From the NCBI GenBank assembly GCA_963801165.1, contig CAWDDT010000004.1, forward strand, positions 160,001-224,000: DNA of 64,000 nt. The letters run 5' to 3'. The translations under genes and the position numbers were made by a program. This DNA comes from an uncultured bacterium. Its GTDB lineage: Bacteria; Actinomycetota; Acidimicrobiia; Spongiisociales; UBA5794. The notes under the pieces were generated by a model, which saw nothing but the letters and a program-made list of their open reading frames with translations, was not told where the DNA came from and ran no database searches. The stretch's first letter is position 1. Each line of letters begins with the position of its first letter. Of this stretch, positions 50,001 through 60,412 are shown in pieces.

Positions 50001-50453
50001 TTACTCGTTGAACGTCTCGGCCTCGGGATCGGTTCCCACACACTGCTCACAGAAGAGACGCACCTGGTCCTCGTCCGCCTCGTCACGGCGCACACCCTCG
50101 GCGACGACGTAGCCGCATGTGCCGTGCGGGCACTGTTCCAGCAGTGCGTGGTCGCGGCGGAACACCTTGAGCAGGACCGGTCCGGATATGTCCTCATGTC
50201 CGGGGATGTTCTCGATGCCCAGATCGGCGATCTCCATGCGGACCAGGTCCATGAGCGTAGGGATCTCGGGGGGTGGCGTCAGTGTTTCCAGGATCCGGCG
50301 TTGTCGGCGCGACGCCGACGGCGGAAGTTGGGGCGCTGCCTCGGTGGTATCCGGTTTGGCGTGGCTCCGGGCGCGAGCCAGCAGCACCCCTGCTATGCCT
50401 ATCGATGCGAACAGAGCCGCGAAGACAATGAAGATGTCGAAGGAATTGTCCAT
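50001..50453 (-). CDS. Hypothetical membrane-anchored protein with Cys motifs
   Basis: N-terminal TM, CPHGTC..CEQC. Confidence 0.7.
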   Translation of the reverse strand: MDNSFDIFIVFAALFASIGIAGVLLARARSHAKPDTTEAAPQLPPSASRRQRRILETLTPPPEIPTLMDLVRMEIADLGIENIPGHEDISGPVLLKVFRRDHALLEQCPHGTCGYVVAEGVRRDEADEDQVRLFCEQCVGTDPEAETFNE

Positions 50454-50454
50454 C

Positions 50455-51549
50455 TCAACCGTCCCGGGTTCTCTCAATCGCTTCCCGCCGGTCGTAATCC
50501 TGGAGGAGACCGACGATATTCTTGACCATCTGCGCATTCTCCAGGGTCGTCACCAGCACGGCGTCGGCCGTCTCGACCACGACGATATTCTCCACACCGG
50601 CAACGGCCACCAGCCGATGGTGCGACCGGATGTATGAGTCTGTCGTCGCCACCGTAGCAACGTCACCGTGGACAACGTTGCCGTCATCATCCTTGTGCCC
50701 GATGTTCCACAATGCCGTCCACGACCCTACGTCGTTCCAGCCGGCATCGAGGGGCACCACCATGGCGCGGGAGGTGTGCTCCATCACGGCATAATCGATC
50801 GAGTTAGCCGGGGTGGCGGCAAACCGCTCTGCGTCCAGGTGGAGGCCGGAGCTGCGCCTGGAGAGAGCCATCGTCGCAATGCACCCGGCGCTTATCTCAG
50901 GGGCATACTCCTCGAGCGCAGCCAGGTAGGCCGAGCAGCGGAAGACGAACATCCCGCTGTTCCAGAGATGATCTCCGCCGGAGACGTACGCCCGGGCGGT
51001 CTCGATATCGGGTTTTTCCACGAATCGGGCGACGGCGAACCCAACGTCGTCCACGGGAGCGCCGATGCGGATGTACCCGTAGCCGGTCTCCGGGCCGGTA
51101 GGGACGATGCCGAAGGTCACGAGATTGCCGGCGGTAGCGAGCGTCACGGCGTTCCGCACCGCATCGTGGAACGCGGGCACGTCCTCGATGACGTGGTCCG
51201 CGGGAAGGAGGAGCATCACAGGGTCTTCCCCCTGTGCGGTCAGCTCGAGTGCGGCGACGGCGGCGGCAGGCGCCGTGTTGCGGCCGACCGGCTCCAGGAT
51301 CATTCGAGTGGGCTCGTAGCCCGCTGCTGCCAACTCGGCCGCCACCAGCTCGGCTTGTGCGGCGCTGCCTACCACCAGCGGTGGCTCGATCTCGAGCCCC
51401 TCGAGACGGTCCAGAGTGGCGCGCACCATGGTTCGGTCGTCTACGAGGGGAAGGAACTGCTTCGGCAGATCCGAGCGTGATGCCGGCCAGAGACGGGTGC
51501 CGGCGCCGCCCGACATCAGTATGGGGACGAGTTTCGGTTGATCAGTCAC
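50455..51549 (-). CDS. manC: Mannose-1-phosphate guanylyltransferase
   Basis: SGGAGTRLWP.SR...PKQF, EPVGRNTAPA, FVEKP, WNSGMF, SIDYAVME. Confidence 0.93.
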   Translation of the reverse strand: MTDQPKLVPILMSGGAGTRLWPASRSDLPKQFLPLVDDRTMVRATLDRLEGLEIEPPLVVGSAAQAELVAAELAAAGYEPTRMILEPVGRNTAPAAAVAALELTAQGEDPVMLLLPADHVIEDVPAFHDAVRNAVTLATAGNLVTFGIVPTGPETGYGYIRIGAPVDDVGFAVARFVEKPDIETARAYVSGGDHLWNSGMFVFRCSAYLAALEEYAPEISAGCIATMALSRRSSGLHLDAERFAATPANSIDYAVMEHTSRAMVVPLDAGWNDVGSWTALWNIGHKDDDGNVVHGDVATVATTDSYIRSHHRLVAVAGVENIVVVETADAVLVTTLENAQMVKNIVGLLQDYDRREAIERTRDG

Positions 51550-51595
51550 GGGGGCAATGTATCGATTTCTCTGTGTCGGTTCAAAGGACCGTGGC

Positions 51596-53620
51596 CTACG
51601 GTGAGGGCACCGAGCCGTCGGGCTCCGGCTTGCGTTCCAGCAGGTAGGCGACCGCAACGCGGGAATCGCCCTGACCGAACGCGGTGATGGTGTCGCCAAC
51701 CCTGAGCGCGGTATCACCGTGCGGGATGATCACGGAGTCCTCGCGGCGGATAGAGACGAGCACCGCGTCCTCCGGCCACTTGAGATCTTTGACCAGGGTG
51801 CCCGCTGCCGCCGAGCCCGGCAGGACCGGTATCTCGTAGAATGTGGCACCCGGCTGCACCCTCTGCCGGAGTCGCTGCCGATAGGCCTGGCGGTCGGTAA
51901 CCGCGCCGAGGGCATGGTGGTAGGCGGCGACGACGCTGTTGCGTCGGAACATCCCGACGACCAGGCCAGGTTCGGCGTCTTCGACGACCGGCAGCCGTCC
52001 CACACCGAGCGCGGCCATCCGAGCAAGAGCCGAAGATACCGGCATGCTCGGCGTTACCGTGATCGGCCGCTCGGTCATGATGTCACGCACTTTCGTCTCG
52101 TTGGGATCGCCCTCGGTCAGAGCGATGTCGCGCAGAGTGAGCACGCCTGCGAGCTTGCCGCCCTTCTCGACCACGGGGAGCCCGTGATGGCGCGACTCCT
52201 TGAGGAAACGTGCCGCTTCCGCCATGGTCATCGCAGGCGACAGACTCTCATCGAGGAGGGTCATCACCTCCCCGACGCTGACCGTGTCCAGCAGGTCGAC
52301 GTCCTCGTTCTGTACGAGGCGAACCCCCCGCTGGGTCAGCGGTGCTGTGTAGACGCTGTCGTGGCTCACCCGGTCGGCGATGAACGAGGCCATCGAGGCG
52401 GCCAATGCCAGCGGTAGCACCAGCGCGTAGTTGCCGGTGATCTCAAAGACCATGATGACCGAGGTGAGCGGGGCGCGGGCCACCGCGGCGAATGTCGCGG
52501 CCATCCCGACTATGGCGTACGAGTCGGGTGACAGCGGTGTGTACCAGAAGTGGTTGGCGGCCAGCGCCAGCGCGGTGCCAACGGTTCCGCCTATGAACAG
52601 ACTGGGCATGAACGTTCCGGCGGAACCGCCGCCGGAACGGGTCAGCGCACTCGTGACCATCTTGAGCACGGCCAGCACAGGCAACGACCACAGCACCAAA
52701 CCGGTTGCGTCGGGTTTGTTCAGCCGCATCAAGCCGGCGAGGAAGTCCTGCCCGGTGCCGAGAGCGCGGGGGTCGATGAGCGCCACCGCGGCGATGAGGA
52801 GCCCGGCGGCGACCGGTCGTGTCCAGTCCGGGTACCGGTAGCTGGCACGGACGCCGTTGACCCAATCGAGGATGCGCATGAAAAGCAGCGCGGCCGCCAC
52901 CGCAAGCAGACCCAGAACGACATACAGGATCAGCTCGCGCGGGTCGTCGAACTTGCCACCCGGGGAAGACAGGATGGGCTCGTCGCCGAGGAGGGTGTGC
53001 GTGGTGACTGCGGCCACGACGGACGTGACGACCACCGCGTTGAGGTGACGGATCGCGAGATTACCCAGGATGACTTCCATGGCAAAGAGCATCCCGGCGA
53101 TAGGTGCGTTGAACGTTGCTCCGATGCCGGCGCCGGCGCCCGCCGCGACCAGGCTCCGGATGCGATCTTCGCTGAAATGGGTGTACCGGGAGAGCGAGGA
53201 TCCGATGGCCGCGCCGATCATGACGCTCGGGCCCTCACGGCCGCCGCTGCCGCCGACGCCCAATGTCGCTCCCGTGCTGATGATCTTGGGGAGGATCGTA
53301 CGGGTCGATATGTATCCCTCGCGCAGACCGATGGCGGCAATCGTCTCGGTAACGCCGCCGCCCTCGATGTTCTCAGAGAAAAGCCTCGCCAGTAGCCACG
53401 CGACCAGGAGACCGGCGGGGATGAGCAGGAAGTAGGCGGCCGAGTCGATGCCGATCCTCGTGTGGGCCCAGTCGGCCAACGCCCTGACGACGGCTACCGC
53501 TTTGACCAGCAGCACGACGGCAAGACCGACGATGAAACCGATAATGAGGGCAGCGGTGAGGAAGGCCGTTTGTCCCCGAGAACCGGCGATTTGCCGCAAC
53601 TTTGTGCGCAAGGTTCCCAT
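51596..53620 (-). CDS. ClC chloride channel/antiporter with CBS and TrkA-C domains
   Basis: GREGP, FNAPIAG, GTFMPSL.IG; CBS pair; C-terminal IPHGDT.L..GD. Confidence 0.93.
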   Translation of the reverse strand: MGTLRTKLRQIAGSRGQTAFLTAALIIGFIVGLAVVLLVKAVAVVRALADWAHTRIGIDSAAYFLLIPAGLLVAWLLARLFSENIEGGGVTETIAAIGLREGYISTRTILPKIISTGATLGVGGSGGREGPSVMIGAAIGSSLSRYTHFSEDRIRSLVAAGAGAGIGATFNAPIAGMLFAMEVILGNLAIRHLNAVVVTSVVAAVTTHTLLGDEPILSSPGGKFDDPRELILYVVLGLLAVAAALLFMRILDWVNGVRASYRYPDWTRPVAAGLLIAAVALIDPRALGTGQDFLAGLMRLNKPDATGLVLWSLPVLAVLKMVTSALTRSGGGSAGTFMPSLFIGGTVGTALALAANHFWYTPLSPDSYAIVGMAATFAAVARAPLTSVIMVFEITGNYALVLPLALAASMASFIADRVSHDSVYTAPLTQRGVRLVQNEDVDLLDTVSVGEVMTLLDESLSPAMTMAEAARFLKESRHHGLPVVEKGGKLAGVLTLRDIALTEGDPNETKVRDIMTERPITVTPSMPVSSALARMAALGVGRLPVVEDAEPGLVVGMFRRNSVVAAYHHALGAVTDRQAYRQRLRQRVQPGATFYEIPVLPGSAAAGTLVKDLKWPEDAVLVSIRREDSVIIPHGDTALRVGDTITAFGQGDSRVAVAYLLERKPEPDGSVPSP

Positions 53621-53701
53621 TCTCCCCCCAAACTAGTGCAAGCGGGGCTCATCCAACGAGATCGTGGCTTTTCGTCGGCGTCGTTGTGTAGCGTCCCCTT
53701 C

Positions 53702-55063
53702 GTGATCACATACACCGTCGCCGATGTCACCCGAATGCTGATGCGAGTCATCAGCCGGGCCTTCCCGGATGAGATCTGGGTGCAAGGCGAGATCAGGGAT
53801 CTCAACCGGGCCCCCAGCGGGCACGTCTACTTCAGCCTGATCGACCCGGATTCAGAGGAGACACCGGCTCCGATCCTGCCGGTCACGCTCTTTGCATCCG
53901 ACAAGTTTGCGGTGAATCGTCTCTTGCAGCGCTCCGGGGCCGGACGCATGGATGACGGCGTCGCGGTCCGAATCAGGGGTCAGATATCGTACTACTCGGC
54001 AAGGGGGACGGTGCAGCTCCGGATGACCTGGATCGATCCCGATTACACGCTGGGGAAGCTGGCCGCAGAGCGGGAGCGGCTCATCAAGAGCCTCGAAGAG
54101 CGCGGGCTCCTCAGCAAGAATCGGGAGATCCCGCTGCCGCTGGTGCCGCTGCGGATCGGGCTCATCACCAGCGCCGGCAGCGCCGCAGACGCCGATTTCA
54201 CTCACGAGCTCCAATCCAGTGGCTACGCCTGGAACCTCACTCGGTGCGATGCCCGGGTTCAGGGTGCGGAGGCGATCCCTGACGTGCTGCGTGGGCTGAA
54301 ACGACTAGAGGCGGCGCAGATCGATGTCATTGCCATCGTGCGAGGAGGCGGTGCCCAGACCGACCTGGCTGCCTTCGATAGCGAGGAGGTCGCGCTGGCG
54401 ATCGCACAGTGCCCGGTACCGGTCATGACGGGAATCGGACATGAGATCGACTTGTCGATCGCCGACCTGGTGGCGAGGAGCCACAAGACACCGACGGCCT
54501 GCGCCGCCGCCCTTGTGGGGCGTGTCGCCGATTTCCTGGCCAGGCTCGATCATCTCGGCGTGGCGACGCAGCGGGTTGCCACGGGCCGGCTGCGGGCCGC
54601 GGCCGGCACCGTCGGTCATGCGACCGCGCGGCTACATCGCTCCGCGCTGGCGGCCGGCTCCCGCGCCGGGCGGCGCCTGGACTCGATCGAATGGCAGACC
54701 GCACGGGAGAGTCGCAGCAGGCTCAGGCATCAGCGCGATCGGGTTGCGGTCATCCAACGGCAGATTCACCGTGCCGGGTCCGTTGGCGTTGATGCCGCCG
54801 TCGCATCGGTGGATAGGACGGCGGACGCAGTCGGGACCGCTGCCATCCGCATTGTCGAGACCGCCCGTGATCATCTGGCCGATCTCGAGCACAGGACGGA
54901 GTTGCTCGATCCGCAGCGCGTGCTTGCCCGCGGCTGGTCGATCACGAGAACCGGGGAGGGAGATCTGGTCACCGCACCCGTCCCGCCGGGCACCGGGCTG
55001 CGGACGACGGTGGCCGGGGGCGAGATCACTAGCGTTGTCAGCGAGGAGACGAACGATGGCTGA
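53702..55063 (+). CDS. xseA: Exodeoxyribonuclease VII large subunit
   Basis: WVQGEI, SGHVYFSL, RGGG..DL..FD, TGIGHE.D, TPTA; start uncertain. Confidence 0.93.
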   Translation: MITYTVADVTRMLMRVISRAFPDEIWVQGEIRDLNRAPSGHVYFSLIDPDSEETPAPILPVTLFASDKFAVNRLLQRSGAGRMDDGVAVRIRGQISYYSARGTVQLRMTWIDPDYTLGKLAAERERLIKSLEERGLLSKNREIPLPLVPLRIGLITSAGSAADADFTHELQSSGYAWNLTRCDARVQGAEAIPDVLRGLKRLEAAQIDVIAIVRGGGAQTDLAAFDSEEVALAIAQCPVPVMTGIGHEIDLSIADLVARSHKTPTACAAALVGRVADFLARLDHLGVATQRVATGRLRAAAGTVGHATARLHRSALAAGSRAGRRLDSIEWQTARESRSRLRHQRDRVAVIQRQIHRAGSVGVDAAVASVDRTADAVGTAAIRIVETARDHLADLEHRTELLDPQRVLARGWSITRTGEGDLVTAPVPPGTGLRTTVAGGEITSVVSEETNDG

Positions 55064-55271
55064 GGAGATCACGTACACGGCCGCACTCGCCGAGCTCGAG
55101 GAGATTCTTGCGGCCATCGAGGAAGAACAAGTCGATGTCGACGAGCTGGCGGTCCGGGTGAAGCGGTCCGCCGAGTTGATCAGGTTGTGCCGGAGCCGGA
55201 TCGACGCGGCCGCGGCGGAGGTCGAGACCGTTGTTCGAGAGATGGATTCGGGAGAGGATCGGAATGGATGA
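55056..55271 (+). CDS. xseB: Exodeoxyribonuclease VII small subunit
   Basis: MAEEITYTAALAELEEIL..IE....DVDEL. Confidence 0.9.
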   Translation: MAEEITYTAALAELEEILAAIEEEQVDVDELAVRVKRSAELIRLCRSRIDAAAAEVETVVREMDSGEDRNG

Positions 55272-55534
55272 AAGCGCTTTAACCGAGTTCACCCGCGGCG
55301 CGGCCGGGTGGAGATGAGCGAGGGTGGTGTCGGGCAGATGGTGGCGCTCCAGGCCGCGGTGTCGGGGAGCAGGGTCGGTCTTCTGATCGCGGCAAGGTGA
55401 CCTTGGAGGATTCGCGGGTGATGGTCACGACGGCGCAGGCGGCCGCGTTTGGACCGGTCGCCGGTTTAGTGTTGTTCCTGCTGTCCCGGTTGCCGGGCAG
55501 ACACTGAGCACGGCGCAGTGCGGGCCCGGGTCGT

Positions 55535-57262
55535 ATGCTGCGTTCTATGCATCGTGACACCGCGTACTCGCATGTAATGGTCGACCAGGACTCGGGGGAG
55601 CGCTATCTCGCAGTTGCCGAGCGCGGTACCGAGCTTCTCAAGAACGCCATCCTCAACAAGGGAACCGCGTTCACCAGAGAGGAACGGGATGCGTTCGGCC
55701 TCGTCGGAATGCTCCCCGATCGGGTATCAACCATCGAAGAGCAGATCGAGCGGGTGGCGAACCAGATCCAGTTCAAAGCAACCGACATGGACAAGAACAT
55801 CTATCTCAACGGTCTGATGGACCGGAATGAGACGCTGTTCTACCGGGCGCTGATCGAGAACCTCGAGATGATGGTGCCGCTGATCTACACACCGACGGTG
55901 GCGACGGCGTGCCGCCATTGGAGCAAGATCTTCCGCAGGGCGCGCGGCATCTATATCACCCCACGCGAGCGGGGCCGGATGGCGGAGGTCTTGCGTTGTC
56001 GGCCCAAGGCGGGGCGGCCCGTGATAGTCGTCACCGACAACGAGCGGATCCTCGGCATCGGGGACCAGGGGGCGGGCGGTATGGGTATACCGATCGGCAA
56101 GCTCGCCCTCTATGCCGCGGGGGCAGGGATTCATCCCACGCGCTGTATACCGGTTTCGCTCGACGTCGGCACCAACAACCCGGAGCTGCTCGCGGACCCC
56201 GGGTACATCGGCTATCACAAGCCACGTCTGGTTGGGGATGAGTACAGGGAGTTCATCGCCGAGTTCGTGGCCGCCGTCCAGAGCGTCTACCCCGATGCCC
56301 TGCTCCAGTGGGAGGACTTCTCGAACCGAACCAGCTTCGAGAACCTCTTCACCTACAGGAATGTGCTGCCTTCGTTCAACGACGATATCCAGGGGACCGC
56401 CGCGATGGTCGTGGCCGGGCTCAAGGTCGCCACCCGTCACATCGGGTCGAAGATCAGTGACCAGCGCATCGTGATCGTCGGGGCCGGATCCGCCGGTATC
56501 GGGATCCGCGACCAGATCACGACGGCGATGATGGACGAGGGATCAGCCCGGCCCGAGGCGGAGGCCAGGATCATGGCGCTCGACAGCCGTGGCCTGATCG
56601 TCGAGGGCAGATCAAATCTGTCGCCGGGGAAGCAGCGGTTGGCGTTGTCCCGGGAAGCGGTTCGGGACTGGGAGATCGACGGCGAAGGGATCGGGCTCGA
56701 TGACGTGGTGCGCAACGCGAGAGCTTCTGTGCTCATCGGCGTCAGCGGGGTCCCCGGTATGTTCACCGAGGACATCGTCCGCCGCATGGCGAGCTATGTG
56801 TCGCGTCCGATCATCATGCCGCTCTCCAACCCGACCAGCCACGCCGAGCTCACCCCGTCGAGCGCCATTGAGTGGACAGACGGGCGGGCGATCGTGGCCA
56901 CGGGCAGCCCGTTCCCCGATGTCCACTACGGTGGCCGGGTGCACAGGATCGGGCAAGCCAACAACGTATTCGTCTTCCCCGGGATGGGCCTCGGCCTCCT
57001 CACGGTGGGTGCCCGCGAGGTGACCGATCGCCTGTTTCTGGCTGCCTCGAAGGCCCTCGCCGACGCTGTTGATACCGCATTGGTCGAGGAAGGTCAGCTC
57101 TACCCGTCGATAAATGACGTCCGGGCCACGTCATTGGCGGTCGCCAGGGCCGTAGCCAATCAGGCCATGGCAGACGGGCTGGCCGAGCCGATCGCCGACA
57201 TCGACCAACGGATCGAGGAGGAGATGTGGTACCCGGAGTATCTGCCGTACCGGCCGGTCTGA
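55535..57262 (+). CDS. NAD-dependent malic enzyme
   Basis: NKGTAF, YTPTV, ERILGIGD, QWEDF, FNDDIQGT, LSNPT, GQANN; true start may be a few codons downstream. Confidence 0.95.
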   Translation: MLRSMHRDTAYSHVMVDQDSGERYLAVAERGTELLKNAILNKGTAFTREERDAFGLVGMLPDRVSTIEEQIERVANQIQFKATDMDKNIYLNGLMDRNETLFYRALIENLEMMVPLIYTPTVATACRHWSKIFRRARGIYITPRERGRMAEVLRCRPKAGRPVIVVTDNERILGIGDQGAGGMGIPIGKLALYAAGAGIHPTRCIPVSLDVGTNNPELLADPGYIGYHKPRLVGDEYREFIAEFVAAVQSVYPDALLQWEDFSNRTSFENLFTYRNVLPSFNDDIQGTAAMVVAGLKVATRHIGSKISDQRIVIVGAGSAGIGIRDQITTAMMDEGSARPEAEARIMALDSRGLIVEGRSNLSPGKQRLALSREAVRDWEIDGEGIGLDDVVRNARASVLIGVSGVPGMFTEDIVRRMASYVSRPIIMPLSNPTSHAELTPSSAIEWTDGRAIVATGSPFPDVHYGGRVHRIGQANNVFVFPGMGLGLLTVGAREVTDRLFLAASKALADAVDTALVEEGQLYPSINDVRATSLAVARAVANQAMADGLAEPIADIDQRIEEEMWYPEYLPYRPV

Positions 57263-57263
57263 C

Positions 57264-58691
57264 ATGAGTGCACCGTCTATCGCACCCGAGCGGGGGATTT
57301 TCGTAAACCGGACCATCAATCTGCGCTCGATAAAGGCCATCGGGTACGACATGGACTACACGCTCGTCCACTACCACGTTGGCGAGTGGGAGTCGGAGGC
57401 GTTCGCCCACGCCAAAGCCAGGTTGCTGGACCTGGGTTTCCCGGTCGAAAAGATCGAGTTCGATCCCGCGGCCGTCATCCGTGGTCTCGCCATTGATCTC
57501 GAGACAGGCAATCTGGTCAAGGCGACCCGGTTTGGCTATGTGATCCGGGCGGCGCACGGCACCAGGTTCCTCGACTACGACGACATGCGCCGCACCTATG
57601 CCAGCACGATGGTCGACCTGGCCGAGGAACGGTTCGTATTCATCAACACGCTGTTCTCCCTCTCGGAGGCAAGCCTGTACGCACAGCTCGTCGACCTTCT
57701 CGATGCGGGTCGCATCGACAAGGGCGTCGGTTATCGAGGTTTGTTCCAGGCGGTAGGAGCTTCGCTCGACGGTTCCCACCGCGCCGGGTCGTTGAAGCGG
57801 AGCATTGTCGCCGACCCGGTGCGGTTCATTGACCCTGATCCGGATGGGGTGCTGGCGCTGGTTGATCAGTTGGAGGCCGGGAAGCGTCTGATGATGATCA
57901 CGAACTCCGAGTGGGACTACACGGTGCGGATCATGGAGCACGCCTTCGACCCGTATCTTCCCGCCGGCATGAGCTGGCGGGACCTCTTCGAAGCCATCAT
58001 CGTCTCTTCCGACAAACCATTGTTCTTCACCGCCAACAAGCCGCTATACAAGGTCGTCGACGAGGAAGCGTCGCTGCTTCGGCCACATATCGGCAAGATC
58101 GAGCCGGGCAGCGTCTTCTTCGGTGGTTGTGCCACCCAGGTCGAGAGCTCGATGGAGGTCTCAGGTGACGAGATCCTCTATGTCGGCGACCATCTGTTTG
58201 GCGACGTCCATTTTTCTAAGGCGCTGCTGCGGTGGCGCACCGCCCTGATCCTCAGGGAGTTGGAGGGCGAGGTGGCCGGGCTGCGCGCTTTTCGTCCCAA
58301 AGAGGTGAAGCTGGAGACGTTGATGGGGGAGAAGACATCGCTCGAGGCTGAGTTGTCGGCGGTCCGGCTGGCGTTGCAGCGGCAGCGGCTCGGCTATGCA
58401 CCACCCCCGGAGGGTGTTGCCCCCGACCGGGACAGTGTCGATGAGCTGCGCGAGCAGATTTCCGCCATCGACGAGGAGATCACGCCGCTGGCGGTGGCCG
58501 CCTCCCAGCTGCGCAACAAGGCGTGGGGCCCACTAATGCGTGCCGGCATCGACAAGAGCCTGTTTGCCCGCCAGGTCGAGAAGTACGCCGACTGCTATAC
58601 CTCACGGGTGGCCAACTTCGGTGCCGTGAGCCCGTTTGCGCTGCTGCGCGCCTCCCGTCTCGACCTTCCCCACGACACCTGGATCGACTGA
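57264..58691 (+). CDS. HAD-IG family 5'-nucleotidase
   Basis: GYDMDYTL, ITNSEW, YVGDHLFGDV. Confidence 0.93.
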   Translation: MSAPSIAPERGIFVNRTINLRSIKAIGYDMDYTLVHYHVGEWESEAFAHAKARLLDLGFPVEKIEFDPAAVIRGLAIDLETGNLVKATRFGYVIRAAHGTRFLDYDDMRRTYASTMVDLAEERFVFINTLFSLSEASLYAQLVDLLDAGRIDKGVGYRGLFQAVGASLDGSHRAGSLKRSIVADPVRFIDPDPDGVLALVDQLEAGKRLMMITNSEWDYTVRIMEHAFDPYLPAGMSWRDLFEAIIVSSDKPLFFTANKPLYKVVDEEASLLRPHIGKIEPGSVFFGGCATQVESSMEVSGDEILYVGDHLFGDVHFSKALLRWRTALILRELEGEVAGLRAFRPKEVKLETLMGEKTSLEAELSAVRLALQRQRLGYAPPPEGVAPDRDSVDELREQISAIDEEITPLAVAASQLRNKAWGPLMRAGIDKSLFARQVEKYADCYTSRVANFGAVSPFALLRASRLDLPHDTWID

Positions 58692-58702
58692 CCTTTCCGC
58701 TT

Positions 58703-58744
58703 CTTGCGTAGACGGTGCCGGTATGCCGGCACCGTCTACGCAAG
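58703..58744. repeat. Perfect 19-bp-arm inverted repeat
   Basis: CTTGCGTAGACGGTGCCGG-TATG-CCGGCACCGTCTACGCAAG. Confidence 0.9.
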
Positions 58745-59329
58745 GCCGCTGTTCGTGCCGTGGTCCTCACCCACGGTCACAGTGACCACCTGGGCTCGGC
58801 GGAGCGATTGCGGCGTGAGCATGGCGTGCCAGTGCTCTGTCACGGCACCGAGGTGCCCGTTGCTCGGGGTGAGATCACCCAGCGGATTTCGGTGATGGAG
58901 TTGCGCCGAGCCTGGCGGCCGAAGGTCTTCCGCTTCGCCCTGAACGCCATTCGGCGCGGTGGTCTACGATCGGAGCACGTCACCGATATCAGCACCTTCG
59001 AGGATGGGGAGACGATCGACGTCCCCGGCAAGCCGGTTGTGGTCTTCACCCCGGGCCACACCCAGGGACACTGTTCACTCCACTTACCCGAGCGTGGGGT
59101 CGTGATCACAGGCGATGCGCTCATCACCGTCGATCTGTGGGACCCGGAGCGGCGTGGGCCGCAACCGGTGCGGTACCAGTTCAACCACGACCACCCCCGG
59201 GCCATCGCATCTCTCGATCGGCTCGGCGATCTCGAAGCCGACGTACTCGTGCCCGGCCACGGTCGGCCGTGGCGAGGAAGCCCACGGGATGCGGTCGAGA
59301 CGGCGAGGCGATCCGCCACCGCCGAGTGA
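58715..59329 (+). CDS. MBL-fold metallo-hydrolase, apparently 5'-truncated
   Basis: THGHSDHLG, TPGHTQGH, GDAL, PGHG; the usual N-terminal strands are missing. Confidence 0.75.
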   Translation: MPVCRHRLRKAAVRAVVLTHGHSDHLGSAERLRREHGVPVLCHGTEVPVARGEITQRISVMELRRAWRPKVFRFALNAIRRGGLRSEHVTDISTFEDGETIDVPGKPVVVFTPGHTQGHCSLHLPERGVVITGDALITVDLWDPERRGPQPVRYQFNHDHPRAIASLDRLGDLEADVLVPGHGRPWRGSPRDAVETARRSATAE

Positions 59330-59379
59330 CGCGGAAGTTGCCGGGAACGCCAGGAGAACTCAGCGCCCGTTTCGAACGC

Positions 59380-59459
59380 TCCCTCAATCCCGGCTCGTGT
59401 CCCTCAATCCCGGCTCGTGTCCCTCAATCCCGGTTCGTGTCCCTCAATCCCGGTTCGTG
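59380..59459. repeat. Tandem repeat 4x 20 bp TCCCTCAATCCCGG(C/T)TCGTG
   Basis: Directly visible between convergent genes. Confidence 0.93.
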
Positions 59460-59497
59460 ATCGACGTGGCTGCCTTGCGGCAGCCACCCTCGTGGCA

Positions 59498-60409
59498 TCA
59501 GCGCTGCTGACCTTCCCGGGCCAGCTCCACCGCTACCTGGGCTGCCACCGAGGCGTTGTTCTCGGCGAGGGCGAGATTGGTGGGGATGCTACGACCGCCG
59601 GTGATGTCGGCGATCTGCTCCAATACGAACGGGGTCACCGCGGGACCCCGGATGTCGCCCGCCCGGGCAAGCGCGGTCTCGATCGCGTCCCAAACATCGT
59701 CTGCAGGTATGGCGTCGGCCTCCGGTACGGGGACCGCCAGAAGCACCCCGCCCTGTTCCCAGGCGAACCGGTGGACCAGGATGGCCGCCACCTCTGCTGC
59801 CGACTCGACGCGCCGTGGCGCCGCCACCCCGCTCGTACGGGAATAGAACATGGGGAACTCGTCTGTTTGATAGCCGAGCACCGGCACGGACTCGGTCTCG
59901 AGGAACTCGACCGTCTTGGCGATGTCGAGGAACGCCTTGGCGCCTGCACACACCGTCAGCACGGGGTGCAGCGCTATGGCCCCGAGGTCTGAGCTGATAT
60001 CACCGGATACCTCCGAGCCTATGTGCACGCCGCCGATCCCACCGGTGGCGAACACCTCGATCCCTGCGGCGGCACACAGCGCCAGCGATGCGGACACCGT
60101 GGTGGCACCTACCGGCCAGCGCTGCGCCAGAGCGACCGGTATGTCCCGTTCGGCAGTTTTCTTCGCAGGCCCGAGGATTCGCTCGCGTTCGCTCTCGTCG
60201 AGACCCACTCGCGCCTCTCCGTCGAGGATCGCGGTGATCGCCGGCACTGCTCCCTGTTTGCGGATGGCCGCGGTGACCCGGTCGAGCGCCTCGCGATTGG
60301 CCGGGGAGGGGAGACCGAGGTGGCTGAAGATGGTGCTTTCGAGACCGACGATGGGTCTTCCCTCGGTTTGAGCCTTTGCTACTTCCGAGCTTGTCTTCAG
60401 CTGTGGCAT
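59498..60409 (-). CDS. psuG: Pseudouridine-5'-phosphate glycosidase
   Basis: VGLESTI, GATTVSA, FATGGIGGVH, DISSDL, GAKAFLD, VTPFVL. Confidence 0.93.
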   Translation of the reverse strand: MPQLKTSSEVAKAQTEGRPIVGLESTIFSHLGLPSPANREALDRVTAAIRKQGAVPAITAILDGEARVGLDESERERILGPAKKTAERDIPVALAQRWPVGATTVSASLALCAAAGIEVFATGGIGGVHIGSEVSGDISSDLGAIALHPVLTVCAGAKAFLDIAKTVEFLETESVPVLGYQTDEFPMFYSRTSGVAAPRRVESAAEVAAILVHRFAWEQGGVLLAVPVPEADAIPADDVWDAIETALARAGDIRGPAVTPFVLEQIADITGGRSIPTNLALAENNASVAAQVAVELAREGQQR

Positions 60410-60412
60410 TGA

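Noticed and set aside
55264-55508. Short hydrophobic ORF fragments after xseB
   Set aside because: Interrupted by stops and too short to assign; possibly a decayed gene.
59380-59459. Short tandem repeats here, at 11786 and at 40612 as CRISPR arrays
   Set aside because: The units are contiguous with no unique spacers, and no cas genes are present.
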